The notes beneath the pieces are model-generated. The model was given only the letters and a program-made list of their open reading frames with translations, ran no database searches and had not been told where the DNA came from. The translations under genes and the position numbers were made by a program. DNA of 64,000 nucleotides from Actinomycetes bacterium (GTDB lineage Bacteria; Actinomycetota; Actinomycetes; S36-B12), in the NCBI GenBank assembly GCA_965278945.1, contig OZ257128.1:1608403-1672402 (forward strand), given 5' to 3'. Positions 1-8,814 of this stretch are shown here, piece by piece. The first letter of the stretch is position 1; each line of letters opens with the position of its first letter.

Positions 1-96
1 TTCGTCGCGACGTCTCGCATCACGGCCGACGCCGCGGAGTACTTCAGCCTCCCCCGCGATCGCACCGTCATCATGGGCTCGCGTATCTCCGTCTAG
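1..96 (+). CDS. kup: KUP/HAK/KT potassium transporter, C-terminal end only (partial)
   Basis: Frame 1 reads FVATSRITADAAEYFSLPRDRTVIMGSRISV*, resembling the conserved Kup C-terminus (A.EYF.LP.DRTV.MGS.I). Confidence 0.7.
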   Translation, partial: FVATSRITADAAEYFSLPRDRTVIMGSRISV

Positions 97-726
97 CGGA
101 CGGCTCAGGCTGCGCAGGTACCAGGCGACGAACACGCTGGTGCACGCAGCCCAGAAGCACCACATCGACGGCAGTCCTCGCCCGGCCATGAGGATGAGGA
201 CGCCCACGGCCGCGACATTCGCCCAGCCCCACAGCCGCAGGTGACGTTCGCTCGCGAGCAGCAGCGCACCGCATGTCGCGACGAGGTAGAGCATGCTCGA
301 CGTCATGTCGACGCCCGCGATGTCGAAGTCGATGTAGTACGGACACGCCACCGCAGTGCCTTTGCCTGCCAGCAGCGGGATGAGGAAGGTCAGGCTCGAG
401 TAGGCGCCCAGCCCGATGAGCCCCATGAGCGCGAATCGCCGCCAGCCTCTCGGCTCAACCAGCAGTACGGCGATCGGGATGTAGACAGGCCATAGGACGA
501 ATGCGATGGCCAGGAACACCTGCGTTGCCGTGCTGCCGAGGTCGGGCGAGATAGCGCCCTGGAGTCCCCACCACACGAAGGCCGACGTCAGCGTGTGGAA
601 GGCGAAGATCGCCGGCAGCGCGGCGATCGGCGCAGTGCGGACGTCGCGGCAGTGACGAGCAGCATCGACCGCTACCACCGCCATCGCGGCACCGGCGATC
701 AGGTCGACCTGCGGAGCAAGACACAT
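1..726 (-). CDS. DUF6629-like membrane protein; no stop codon inside the window
   Basis: Translated by hand from ATG 726: MCLAPQVDLIAGAAMAVVAVD...AFHTLTSAFVWWGL...LPSMWCFWAA; several TM helices; missing from the ORF track because the frame runs off the window. Confidence 0.65.
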   Translation of the reverse strand, partial: MCLAPQVDLIAGAAMAVVAVDAARHCRDVRTAPIAALPAIFAFHTLTSAFVWWGLQGAISPDLGSTATQVFLAIAFVLWPVYIPIAVLLVEPRGWRRFALMGLIGLGAYSSLTFLIPLLAGKGTAVACPYYIDFDIAGVDMTSSMLYLVATCGALLLASERHLRLWGWANVAAVGVLILMAGRGLPSMWCFWAACTSVFVAWYLRSLSRPLDGDTRAHDDGAIAGEAEVLRGVGRDARRRDE

Positions 727-750
727 GCTGACTCGCACCTCCTCACGATC

Positions 751-1980
751 TCAGCGCGAAAAGCGTAGACCTGGAAGCTCGTCTTGGCGACGCTTGAGCA
801 GCACGCGCTCGGATTCCGTCGTCGCGAGAGCATGCGCCGCGTCGTACGCAGCATTCGCCTCGTCGATACGACCGAGCCGCGTGAGCAGGTCTGCTCGCAC
901 CGCGTGGAACAGGTAGTAGTCGGCTAGGTCGAGCGAGTCCACGGCCACAAGCGCTCGGTCTGGGCCGTGCACCTCAGCGAGGGCGACCGCGCGATTGAGC
1001 GCGATGACGGGTGTCGGGGCGAGCGACCACAAGTGGTCATACAGCGTGAGCACCTGCGGCCAGTCCGTCGAGTCCGCGGACGACGCGTCGCTGTGCACCG
1101 CCGCGATGGCCGCCTGGAGTTGGTAAGGACCGGGATGGTTGCGACGCAAGCAGGCGCGCACGAGGTCCTGGCCCTCCGCGATCAGCGCTGAGTCCCACAG
1201 CGCCCTGTCCTGGTCGGGCAGTCGCACGATCGCGCCGTCAGCATCAGTGCGCGCCGGCCGTCTCGACTCGGTGAGCAGCATCAGCGCGAGCAGGCCGCGC
1301 GCCTCCGGCTCGTCGGGCATGAGGTCGACCAGCATGCGGCCGAGCCTGACCGCCTCGTCGGCGAGGTCGACGCGGCCTAGCGCGTCGCCGGAGCTCGCGA
1401 GATAGCCCTCGTTGAAGATGAGATAGATGACGGCGAGGACCGGACGAAGCCGGTCGGGCAGGTCGGCGTCCTGCGGCACGCGATACGGGATGTGCGCCTC
1501 GCGGATCTTGTTCTTCGCCCGGACCAGGCGCTGGGCCATCGTCGTCTCTGGCACCAGGAAGGCCCGGGCGATCTCCGGAGTCTGCAGGCCGGCGATGAGC
1601 CGAAGGGTCAGCGCCACCTGCGCGACGGGTGCGAGCGCAGGGTGGCAGCAGGTGAAGATCAGTCGCAATCGGTCATCACGCACGGCACCCACCTCCACGG
1701 GTTCGTCCTGGGCATGAAGCAGCGCGGCCTGCACGTGCCGGTCGTGCCTGGTCGCCTCGCGTCGAAGCCGGTCAATCGCGCGGTTGCGCGCGGTCGTGAT
1801 GATCCAGCCCGCCGGGCTCGGCGGGACGCCCTTGTTGGGCCACGTCTCGAGCGCGACCGCCAGGGCGTCCTGAACCGCCTCCTCGGCGAGACCGATGTCT
1901 CCGAGGAGGCGGCTCAGGGTGGCGACGGCCCGCCCGTAGTCCTCGCGGAATACCCGCTCGACGTCGCTGGCGTCGGTCAC
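751..1980 (-). CDS. ECF sigma factor with long C-terminal TPR/DUF6596 extension (ECF42-like)
   Basis: sigma region 2 (LAEEAVQDA...WPNKGVP...[16 protein letters not shown]), region 4 ([12 protein letters not shown]...LRLIAGL), YLIFNEGY motif and TPR-like tail; lies next to DGPF genes; GTG start inferred. Confidence 0.9.
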   Translation of the reverse strand: MTDASDVERVFREDYGRAVATLSRLLGDIGLAEEAVQDALAVALETWPNKGVPPSPAGWIITTARNRAIDRLRREATRHDRHVQAALLHAQDEPVEVGAVRDDRLRLIFTCCHPALAPVAQVALTLRLIAGLQTPEIARAFLVPETTMAQRLVRAKNKIREAHIPYRVPQDADLPDRLRPVLAVIYLIFNEGYLASSGDALGRVDLADEAVRLGRMLVDLMPDEPEARGLLALMLLTESRRPARTDADGAIVRLPDQDRALWDSALIAEGQDLVRACLRRNHPGPYQLQAAIAAVHSDASSADSTDWPQVLTLYDHLWSLAPTPVIALNRAVALAEVHGPDRALVAVDSLDLADYYLFHAVRADLLTRLGRIDEANAAYDAAHALATTESERVLLKRRQDELPGLRFSR

Positions 1981-1988
1981 AAGTGGAT

Positions 1989-2336
1989 TCAGACCGTCTG
2001 GAATGGCCGGACCTCGACGGCACCCTTGCACGCGACCGTGGCCTTCTCGGCCCACTCCCTGGCTGCTTGCGCATCGGCCACCTCGAGGACCCAGAAGCCG
2101 CCGATGTGCTCCTTGGCCTCCAGGTACGGCCCGTCGGTGTGGAGCAGAGCCCCGTCCTTGGCGCGCACGACGGTCGCGGTGCTCGACGGCATCAGGCCGC
2201 CGGCAAACACGTAGACGCCTGCGGCCTGCATCTCGTCGTTGACCTTGCCGGTCGCCGCGAACGCCTCCTGCATTTCCTCGTCGGACGCATAGGGCGACAC
2301 GTCGCCGTTGTGAACGGACAGCAGGTACTGAGGCAT
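1989..2336 (-). CDS. YCII-related / DGPF protein
   Basis: GGL..ATVVR...[22 protein letters not shown]...A..WA...VEVRP. Confidence 0.9.
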   Translation of the reverse strand: MPQYLLSVHNGDVSPYASDEEMQEAFAATGKVNDEMQAAGVYVFAGGLMPSSTATVVRAKDGALLHTDGPYLEAKEHIGGFWVLEVADAQAAREWAEKATVACKGAVEVRPFQTV

Positions 2337-2386
2337 GAGCCTCTCCTCTCAACTGAGTGCCGGCCGTTCCGGCTTCTCACTGCCTA

Positions 2387-2413
2387 TACGAAGCGCAGAT
2401 CAGCGAATCGACA
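2387..2413 (-). promoter_or_regulatory. ECF42-type promoter TGTCGA-N17-CGTA
   Basis: -35 TGTCGA (2408-2413), 17-nt spacer, -10 CGTA (2387-2390); same motif precedes the paralog. Confidence 0.75.
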
Positions 2414-2424
2414 TTTCTCCGCAA

Positions 2425-2781
2425 CTATTTTGTCGTCGCATGCGCGAACGGACGAATCTCGATCGGCGTGGTCGTCGCGTGGGACTGCTTCCGCGCCCAG
2501 ACAATCGCCTCGTCGAGGTCGGCCACCTCGAGGATCGTGAAGCCGCCGATCTGCTCCTTGGCCTCGATGAACGGCCCGTCGGTGATCACCGGCTCGCCAT
2601 CTGCCTCGAGCACCGTCGTGGCGGTCGAGGCATCGCTCAGGCCGCCGCTGAACACCCACACGCCCTGGGCGACCATCTCGTCGCCGACCGCGCTGACATC
2701 GCGCATGATCTTCTCGAGCGCATCGGGTGATGGCTGCGTGGCATCGGCCGGATAACAGACGGACAGCAGATAAAGAGGCAT
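2425..2781 (-). CDS. YCII-related / DGPF protein
   Basis: MPLYLLSV...SGGLSDASTATTV...TDGPFIEAKEQIGGFTILEV...IEIRPF; RBS GAGAGG before ATG 2781. Confidence 0.9.
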   Translation of the reverse strand: MPLYLLSVCYPADATQPSPDALEKIMRDVSAVGDEMVAQGVWVFSGGLSDASTATTVLEADGEPVITDGPFIEAKEQIGGFTILEVADLDEAIVWARKQSHATTTPIEIRPFAHATTK

Positions 2782-2832
2782 GAGCCTCTCCCCTCGTTCA
2801 CGTGCGACCGGACGCTCCGGCCTCACCCTATG

Positions 2833-2859
2833 TACGAACGGTGAGGGCCGAAATCGACA
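2833..2859 (-). promoter_or_regulatory. ECF42-type promoter TGTCGA-N17-CGTA
   Basis: -35 TGTCGA (2854-2859), 17-nt spacer, -10 CGTA (2833-2836). Confidence 0.75.
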
Positions 2860-2871
2860 GGCGCGGGGAGA

Positions 2872-3252
2872 TCAGTTCGACGCTGGACCGAAATCCTCGA
2901 GCGCGTAGCGGACGGGGATTCCTGCCGCCTCCGCTGTCGCCACCATCAGGTCCGAGCCCGACGACGGGCCGGGCAGGCGGAGAACGGCGTCGCACTTGGT
3001 GACGATCAGCTCGCCGAGCGGGTGCTGGATGCGGTCGTAGACCTCGTCGCCAACGGCGGTCGACCCCGCGCGTTCCATGAGCGGGAAGGACAGCCACTCG
3101 CCCACGATCGGCAGGTGCCCCAGCTCGAACAGGGCCAGCGCGGCCTCCTCCATGCGATCGACGTTCGCGGCGATCAGCGCCGGGGCATCTCCGGTGCCGC
3201 CGCGCAGCGGCCCGGCAACGAGGATCTGCAGTGGCCCCGGTGGCAGCGTCAT
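2872..3252 (-). CDS. DUF4406-like protein
   Basis: ILVAGPLRGGTG...AN...AAL.LF..GHLPIVGEW...CDAVLRLPG.S.G.D; ATGA overlap with upstream gene. Confidence 0.7.
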   Translation of the reverse strand: MTLPPGPLQILVAGPLRGGTGDAPALIAANVDRMEEAALALFELGHLPIVGEWLSFPLMERAGSTAVGDEVYDRIQHPLGELIVTKCDAVLRLPGPSSGSDLMVATAEAAGIPVRYALEDFGPASN

Positions 3253-3818
3253 GTGCGCAGCCTAAGGCGCCACAGCGACCGCGCTCCCTTGGCGAGTACC
3301 AGCGCGACGACGACTGCAGTGACCAGGAGGAGGAAGGCGAGCACCGCCGCGATCCACGGGTTGAGGACGGCGACGAGGATCACTCCGCACACGGCCAGGT
3401 CCTCGAGAACCGACACCGCGATGTTGCTCGCCGGCTCCGGTGACGTATTCACCGCCAGCCGTGTCGTCGCCTTGGCCAGATGAGTGATGAGCGCGACGGT
3501 GCCGCCCGCTGCCGCGATGGCAACGGTGGGAATGTCGACGTACGGCGAAGCGATCAGCGCGGCAACAACAGCGCCAGCGACCGGGCGGATGACCGTGTTG
3601 ATCGCGTCCCAGAAGGAGTCGACAAGCATGATCTTGTCCGCGATGGTGTCGATCACCGTCAGCACGGCGAAGATGATGATGACGTCCACGCGTTCCAGGC
3701 CCACCGGGACGTTGATGTCCGCGAAGCGGCCAAGCACGCCCATGAGCAGGACGAGCAGGTACGGGTTGATCCCGCTCGCCCACGAGGCCGTGAACGCCAG
3801 CGGAATTGCGCTTTCCAC
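3249..3818 (-). CDS. DUF4126 membrane protein
   Basis: ASWASGINPY..., ADKI..VDSFWDAINTVIRP, NTSPEPASNIAVSVLED; GTG start after GGGAG. Confidence 0.85.
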   Translation of the reverse strand: MESAIPLAFTASWASGINPYLLVLLMGVLGRFADINVPVGLERVDVIIIFAVLTVIDTIADKIMLVDSFWDAINTVIRPVAGAVVAALIASPYVDIPTVAIAAAGGTVALITHLAKATTRLAVNTSPEPASNIAVSVLEDLAVCGVILVAVLNPWIAAVLAFLLLVTAVVVALVLAKGARSLWRLRLRT

Positions 3819-3856
3819 GTCCAGATGCTCCCACCCCGCCCCGCCCCCTCCCCCCT

Positions 3857-3916
3857 CGAGTGGGCAGTTGTGGTCGTCAGATTCGCCCTCAGAGCAGCCA
3901 CAAGTGCCCACTCGCG
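3857..3916. repeat. REP-like palindrome copy A (60 bp)
   Basis: CGAGTGGGCAGTTGTGG (3857-3873) / CCACAAGTGCCCACTCG (3898-3914); arms 43/44 identical to copy D. Confidence 0.9.
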
Positions 3917-3943
3917 AGGCATGTCGGTGGGTACTTTGCCGGT

Positions 3944-4372
3944 ATGGCACTCACGGTCCAGGTAGTCATCGACAGCAACGACCCGCATCCGCTCGCCGCG
4001 TGGTGGGCGCAGACCCTCGGCTGGACCGTCGAGCCCCAGGATCCGGACTTCATCCGGAGGATGGTCGCCGAGGGGCATGCCAGCGAGGACGACACGATGG
4101 AGTACGAGGGATCGCTCGTCTGGCGCGTCGGCGCGGCCATCAACCACCCCGACCCGGCGTCTGGCACGCCGCGGATCTTGTTCCAGTGGGTTCCGGAGCC
4201 GAAGACGGCGAAGAACCGAGCGCACCTGGACCTGCGGGCGGACGGGGAGGACCTCGAGGCCCTGCGCGCGCGCCTGATCGAGCGCGGGGCGAGAGTGCTT
4301 CACGAGGGTCGGCAGGGTCCCCAGACGTGGCTGACCATGGCCGACCCGCAGGGGAACGAGTTCTGCGTCTAG
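3944..4372 (+). CDS. VOC/glyoxalase-like family protein
   Basis: QVVIDSNDP..LA.WWA.TLGW...RILFQ.VPEPKTAKNRAHLDL...TMADPQGNEFCV. Confidence 0.9.
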   Translation: MALTVQVVIDSNDPHPLAAWWAQTLGWTVEPQDPDFIRRMVAEGHASEDDTMEYEGSLVWRVGAAINHPDPASGTPRILFQWVPEPKTAKNRAHLDLRADGEDLEALRARLIERGARVLHEGRQGPQTWLTMADPQGNEFCV

Positions 4373-6207
4373 CTCGCCTCGGGCCAGCCGAAGGGATAAA
4401 GCACCCGGTTCGACGGGCCGTCAGCGGGGATGGCCACCGGCAGGCGGCCGACGGCGGCGACCTCGCCCGTCAGCACGCGCACGAGGGAGTCCATCGCGAT
4501 CGGCTGGTAGGAGTACGTCGCGACGAACGTCGGTACGTCGGGGAACAGCGCGATGTCGTAGGGCGTGCCGACCGCGGCGACGAGCAACGGCGCACCAGCG
4601 TCGATCAGCGCGTCGACGAGCGCCTCCTGCTCACCGTTCACCGATACGTCGTACGTAGTCGCCACCACGAGGTCGACATCGGCGGCCGCACTCACCGCTG
4701 ACGCGATCGCCGTGGCGTCCGGCTCGACTCCGGTCTCAACCTCCGTCACGTCGGCACCCTTGGAGCGCAGGTTGGTTGCCAGCGCCGTCATCGCCGCCTT
4801 GCCCCAGCCGGTCACGAGCACGCTCGCGCCGTCAATGTCCGTCATGGGGATCAGCGCCGGCTCGTCGCGAACGACGGTCGTCGTGCGATCCGTAACAGCA
4901 GTCGCGGTTGCCCGGTTCTCCTCTGAGCCGACCACTCCGTCGACCGCTGCGACGTCGACCGAAGCACCGGCGACGGTGGTGAGCCCGAGCGACGCCTTCA
5001 GCGTGAGGATCCGCCGAACGGACTGGTCCAGCCGCGCGATAGTGATCTCATTGGCGGCCACGGCCGACAGGACGGCGGTGTACGCGGCGGGCAGGTTGGG
5101 CGGATCCAGAAGCTGGTCGACCCCGGCCTGGATCGCGAGCACCGGGATGCGGCCATCGCCGTACTTGGTCCGCACGCCCTCCATCCGCAGCGAGTCGGTG
5201 ACGATCACCCCGTCGAATCCCATGTCCTTGCGCAGCAGCCCGGTGACGATCGGCTTCGACAGCGTCGCCGGGTCCCCGGAGGCGTCGAGGGCGGGAACCT
5301 GGATGTGAGCGGTCATGATCGAGTCAACGCCGGCCGCGATCGCCGCGCGGAACGGCCTCAGGTCGACGTTGCGCATCCTGGCCGCGCTGTGCGAGATGAC
5401 GGGGAGCCCGGAGTGGCTGTCGATCGCCGTGTCGCCGTGGCCAGGGAAGTGCTTGGCGGTCGATGCCACGTCCCCGTCCCAGTAGCCCCGGACCTGCGCC
5501 TTGACCATCGACGCAACCAGCGAGGGCCTCGACGAGAAGGAGCGCACTCCGATCACCGGGTTGTCCGGGTCGACGTTGACGTCGGCGACGGGCGCGTAGT
5601 CCTGGAAGACGCCCATCGCCCGAAGCTCCTCGCCAGTGATGCGCGCGGCCGTGTTCGCGTCCTCCCGCGATCGGCCCGCACCCAGCGCCATGCTCCCGGG
5701 GAACTGGGTCGCCGGCGGCCCGACCCGCACGACGTTGCCCTGCTCCTGGTCCATCGAGGTCAGGACGGGGATGACGACCCGCTGTGCGCCAGCCTGCTGC
5801 TGGATGGCGTTGCCGAACTCGGCCAGCGCCGTCGGCGTCGTGACGTTCTCGCCGAAGTAGACGATTCCGCCGACGTGGAACGCCCCGACGAGCTCGGCCG
5901 CGTTGCTCACCCCGAGGTCCTCGGTGTTCCGCTTGACCGCCTCCGCCTCCGTGGTGTCGGCGGTCGTGCCATAGACGCGCGCCACGAAGAGCTGGCCGAC
6001 CTTCTCCTCGATCGTCATCGCGGCGATCGTGGTGTCGACCCAAGCGGGGTCAACTTCACCCGGAATCGCTCCGCTGGCGGCCGCACTCCCCGCTCCGGAC
6101 GGGGTTTTCGGCGGCACCTCGGAGTTGCCGATGCAGCCCGACACCGCCAGCAGGACGGCGACCGCGGCGACCGCCTGAACCGCCCTCGCCCTCATGACAG
6201 CGACCAT
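4369..6207 (-). CDS. Glycoside hydrolase family 3 (beta-N-acetylhexosaminidase-like) lipoprotein
   Basis: EEKVGQLF, SMDQEQG, APVADVN, KHFPGHGD, IVTDSL; lipobox LAVSGC; start uncertain. Confidence 0.9.
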   Translation of the reverse strand: MVAVMRARAVQAVAAVAVLLAVSGCIGNSEVPPKTPSGAGSAAASGAIPGEVDPAWVDTTIAAMTIEEKVGQLFVARVYGTTADTTEAEAVKRNTEDLGVSNAAELVGAFHVGGIVYFGENVTTPTALAEFGNAIQQQAGAQRVVIPVLTSMDQEQGNVVRVGPPATQFPGSMALGAGRSREDANTAARITGEELRAMGVFQDYAPVADVNVDPDNPVIGVRSFSSRPSLVASMVKAQVRGYWDGDVASTAKHFPGHGDTAIDSHSGLPVISHSAARMRNVDLRPFRAAIAAGVDSIMTAHIQVPALDASGDPATLSKPIVTGLLRKDMGFDGVIVTDSLRMEGVRTKYGDGRIPVLAIQAGVDQLLDPPNLPAAYTAVLSAVAANEITIARLDQSVRRILTLKASLGLTTVAGASVDVAAVDGVVGSEENRATATAVTDRTTTVVRDEPALIPMTDIDGASVLVTGWGKAAMTALATNLRSKGADVTEVETGVEPDATAIASAVSAAADVDLVVATTYDVSVNGEQEALVDALIDAGAPLLVAAVGTPYDIALFPDVPTFVATYSYQPIAMDSLVRVLTGEVAAVGRLPVAIPADGPSNRVLYPFGWPEAS

Positions 6208-6245
6208 AGTGTCGAACCGCAGGCGGTTCAGGTCATGATGGAGGT

Positions 6246-6974
6246 ATGACGCCGCCATCCCTCAGCTATGACGCAGCCCTGGCCGAGGGCCACGCGCTCT
6301 GTCCCGGCACTCGGATCGGGAAGCCGGGACGGGCCAAGACCTACTGGACGACGATCGCTGCCATGCGGTTCCTGCGCCTCCGCCTCGCCGTCGACGTGAC
6401 CGGATCCGAGCACGTCGCGCCGGGAGCGGCGATCCTCGTGGGCAACCACGTGTCGGCGATGGACCCGGTCGTCGCGGTCATGAGCCACTGGTGGCGCGTC
6501 ACGGCTTTCGCGAAGGTCGAGGTCTTCGAGAACCGGGGCGCGATCTTCTTCCGCCTCATGGGCCAGATCCCGCTTCGCCGAGGCGACGAGGCATCGACGA
6601 GGTGGGCGCTCGACATGGCCCGGCGCACGCTCGACGAGGGCGGCAAGGTCGGCCTGTACCCCGAGGGCACCCGCTCCCCCGACAAGCGCACGATGCACCG
6701 GCTGCACCGTCGCGTTCTCATCCCGGTGCTGCTGACGAGCCCCGATGTACCCGTCCACGCGATCACGACGGTCTACGAGGGAAAGCGTCGCGGACGCCAG
6801 CGCGTGACCGTCCGCATCTCGCCGCGGCTCGACGTCGACGCCCGCACCATGGATGCCGAGGTGCTCACCCAGACCGTCACCCAGGCCCTCGTCGAGCTCG
6901 GCAACCTGCCCTACGAGCACGCGTTCGCGCGCAACGTGAAGGCGGCCCGCGACCTCGACGGCACTCGCGCCTGA
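6246..6974 (+). CDS. Lysophospholipid (1-acyl-sn-glycerol-3-phosphate) acyltransferase
   Basis: NHVSAMD (HX4D), FAKVEVF, YPEGTRS motifs. Confidence 0.9.
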   Translation: MTPPSLSYDAALAEGHALCPGTRIGKPGRAKTYWTTIAAMRFLRLRLAVDVTGSEHVAPGAAILVGNHVSAMDPVVAVMSHWWRVTAFAKVEVFENRGAIFFRLMGQIPLRRGDEASTRWALDMARRTLDEGGKVGLYPEGTRSPDKRTMHRLHRRVLIPVLLTSPDVPVHAITTVYEGKRRGRQRVTVRISPRLDVDARTMDAEVLTQTVTQALVELGNLPYEHAFARNVKAARDLDGTRA

Positions 6975-6980
6975 CACCGC

Positions 6981-7769
6981 ATGTCCGGCGCGATTACCCG
7001 CCTTGCTCCCACGCCGAGCGGCTACCTGCACGAGGGCAACGCGCTGAACTTCCTGCTCGTCGCTGCGTTGGCGCGCACGGTCGATGCGGACGTCGCGCTG
7101 CGAGTCGACGATCTCGACGTGCACCGCTGCCGCACCGAGTTCGCCGACGACATCTTCGATGTCCTCACCTGGCTGGAGATTCCCTGGCAGCACGGGCCCA
7201 AGGACCGAGCGGATCTCGATGCCCGTCACTCGCTGCGCCTGCGAACCGAGTACTACCGAGCCGAGCTCGATGCCGCCCGCGCGACGGGAATGGACGCGTT
7301 CGCGTGCCGGTGCACCCGAACCGAGATCGCGACGTCCGGCGGCCACAGCTGCATCGCTGCCTGTCGCGAACTGGAACTCCCCCTCGTTCCCGGCGAGTCG
7401 GCGCTGCGCACGTCTACGCCCCACGGAGACGTTGTCCTGTGGCGCCGCGACGATCTCCCGGCGTACCACCTCGCGTCGATCATCGAGGATCGCGATCTGG
7501 GCACCACTCATGTCGTGCGCGGCGATGACCTGCGCGAGTCCACCGACATCCAGCGCTACCTGGCTCCCCACTTCGGCGCCGACGCCTTCGCCCGCGCAAC
7601 GTTCATCCACCATCCGCTGATCACCGACGGCGAGGGACACAAGCTGTCGAAGTCGAACCTGGCAACGGGTCCCATGACTCGCGACACTGCGACGCGGGCC
7701 CGACTTCAGTCGTCGATCAGCGAGGCCAGGTTCCCGTGGCTGTCACCCGATGCGACGACCACCGGCTGA
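6981..7769 (+). CDS. gluQ: Glutamyl-Q tRNA(Asp) synthetase-like protein (catalytic domain only)
   Basis: APTPSGYLHEGN (HIGH), LRVDDLD, CRC Zn-site, VVRGDDL, KLSKS; no anticodon-binding domain. Confidence 0.75.
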   Translation: MSGAITRLAPTPSGYLHEGNALNFLLVAALARTVDADVALRVDDLDVHRCRTEFADDIFDVLTWLEIPWQHGPKDRADLDARHSLRLRTEYYRAELDAARATGMDAFACRCTRTEIATSGGHSCIAACRELELPLVPGESALRTSTPHGDVVLWRRDDLPAYHLASIIEDRDLGTTHVVRGDDLRESTDIQRYLAPHFGADAFARATFIHHPLITDGEGHKLSKSNLATGPMTRDTATRARLQSSISEARFPWLSPDATTTG

Positions 7770-8752
7770 CCGTCATCCTCAGCGCCCCGCCAGACCGTCA
7801 GCGTGAGGAAGAACTCGGGCCTGTGGTCCGCGATGTCGCCCGAGAACTCCCATGACGCGTAGGCGAACGGCCGATCCGCGGTGGCGTCGCGGCCGAGGCG
7901 CTCGACCGCCCGGGTGATCCGCGCGCGATGCGCCTCGGGCAGGTAGGTCCAGAAGGCGCTGTGCCACAGCAGCGTCGTCGCTCCGTCGGAGAGTTCGAGA
8001 TCCTCGACGAAGTCCGCCGCGTCCGCGGTGAGCACGGTCGCGGGCACGCTCTCGGCGACGACGAACGCACGCCGCAGCCGCTCGAATCGCTCCACGTCAT
8101 CGACCCAGATGTACGACGTCAGGCGCAGGCGGCCTTCGGTCGTCATCGGATCGATCGGGTTCAGGTCGCAGCCGATGCGATCGAGAACTTCCGGCAGCGG
8201 TCCGGCCTCCATCTGCGGGCGGCCGGGGAGGTGATCGGCCCGCAGGTTGAGCCCCGCCGACGCGCCGATCTCGCGCAGCCGCACCGGGAGGCCGAAGTCC
8301 AGGCGTGACAGCGCGCACCTCAGCACCGCTGCGCGGCCGGTCTCGTTCGTCTGCGGAGTCTGCGCGATGCTCGCCCGCAGTTCGTCCTCGTGATCGACGA
8401 GCGCCTCGACCACAGCGGCTCGGAACTGCTCGACATCGAACTCCGACTGCAGCGGAGTTCCGCCGAGAGTGGGCAGGTGCATCGCTACGCGTGGGGCGCG
8501 GCGTTCGAGGGCGAGGCGGTGAACCGCCGCCATCACCCGCAGCGTCACGAGGTCACCGAACCTGACGCGACCGGGCAGCGTGCTGGCGAGCGGTCCGCCG
8601 CTGCGCACGTCATCGAGGATCGCCTCGGTGATCAGCGCCGCGACGGGCGATCCTCCAGCCCGGATGAAGTCGGCGTGCCACGACAGCGCATCGACGATTG
8701 CGACCACGGCATCGTCGTCTTCTCGCTGCCAGGTCTGCGCGCGATCGAACAC
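7706..8752 (-). CDS. DUF2332 family protein
   Basis: PQTNETGR, EIGASAGLNLRAD, GCDLNPID, LTSYIWVD. Confidence 0.85.
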   Translation of the reverse strand: MFDRAQTWQREDDDAVVAIVDALSWHADFIRAGGSPVAALITEAILDDVRSGGPLASTLPGRVRFGDLVTLRVMAAVHRLALERRAPRVAMHLPTLGGTPLQSEFDVEQFRAAVVEALVDHEDELRASIAQTPQTNETGRAAVLRCALSRLDFGLPVRLREIGASAGLNLRADHLPGRPQMEAGPLPEVLDRIGCDLNPIDPMTTEGRLRLTSYIWVDDVERFERLRRAFVVAESVPATVLTADAADFVEDLELSDGATTLLWHSAFWTYLPEAHRARITRAVERLGRDATADRPFAYASWEFSGDIADHRPEFFLTLTVWRGAEDDGQPVVVASGDSHGNLASLIDD

Positions 8753-8814
8753 GGCGTCACCCTAGCCACGAGGTCCTGTCGCACGGCGGGCTCACAGGCT
8801 CTAGCGTGTGCGGA

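Noticed and set aside
1025-1038. GACCACAAGTGGTC, resembling a REP arm
   Set aside because: Short, inside the sigma-factor coding sequence, and lacking the GCCCACTCGCG part; likely chance
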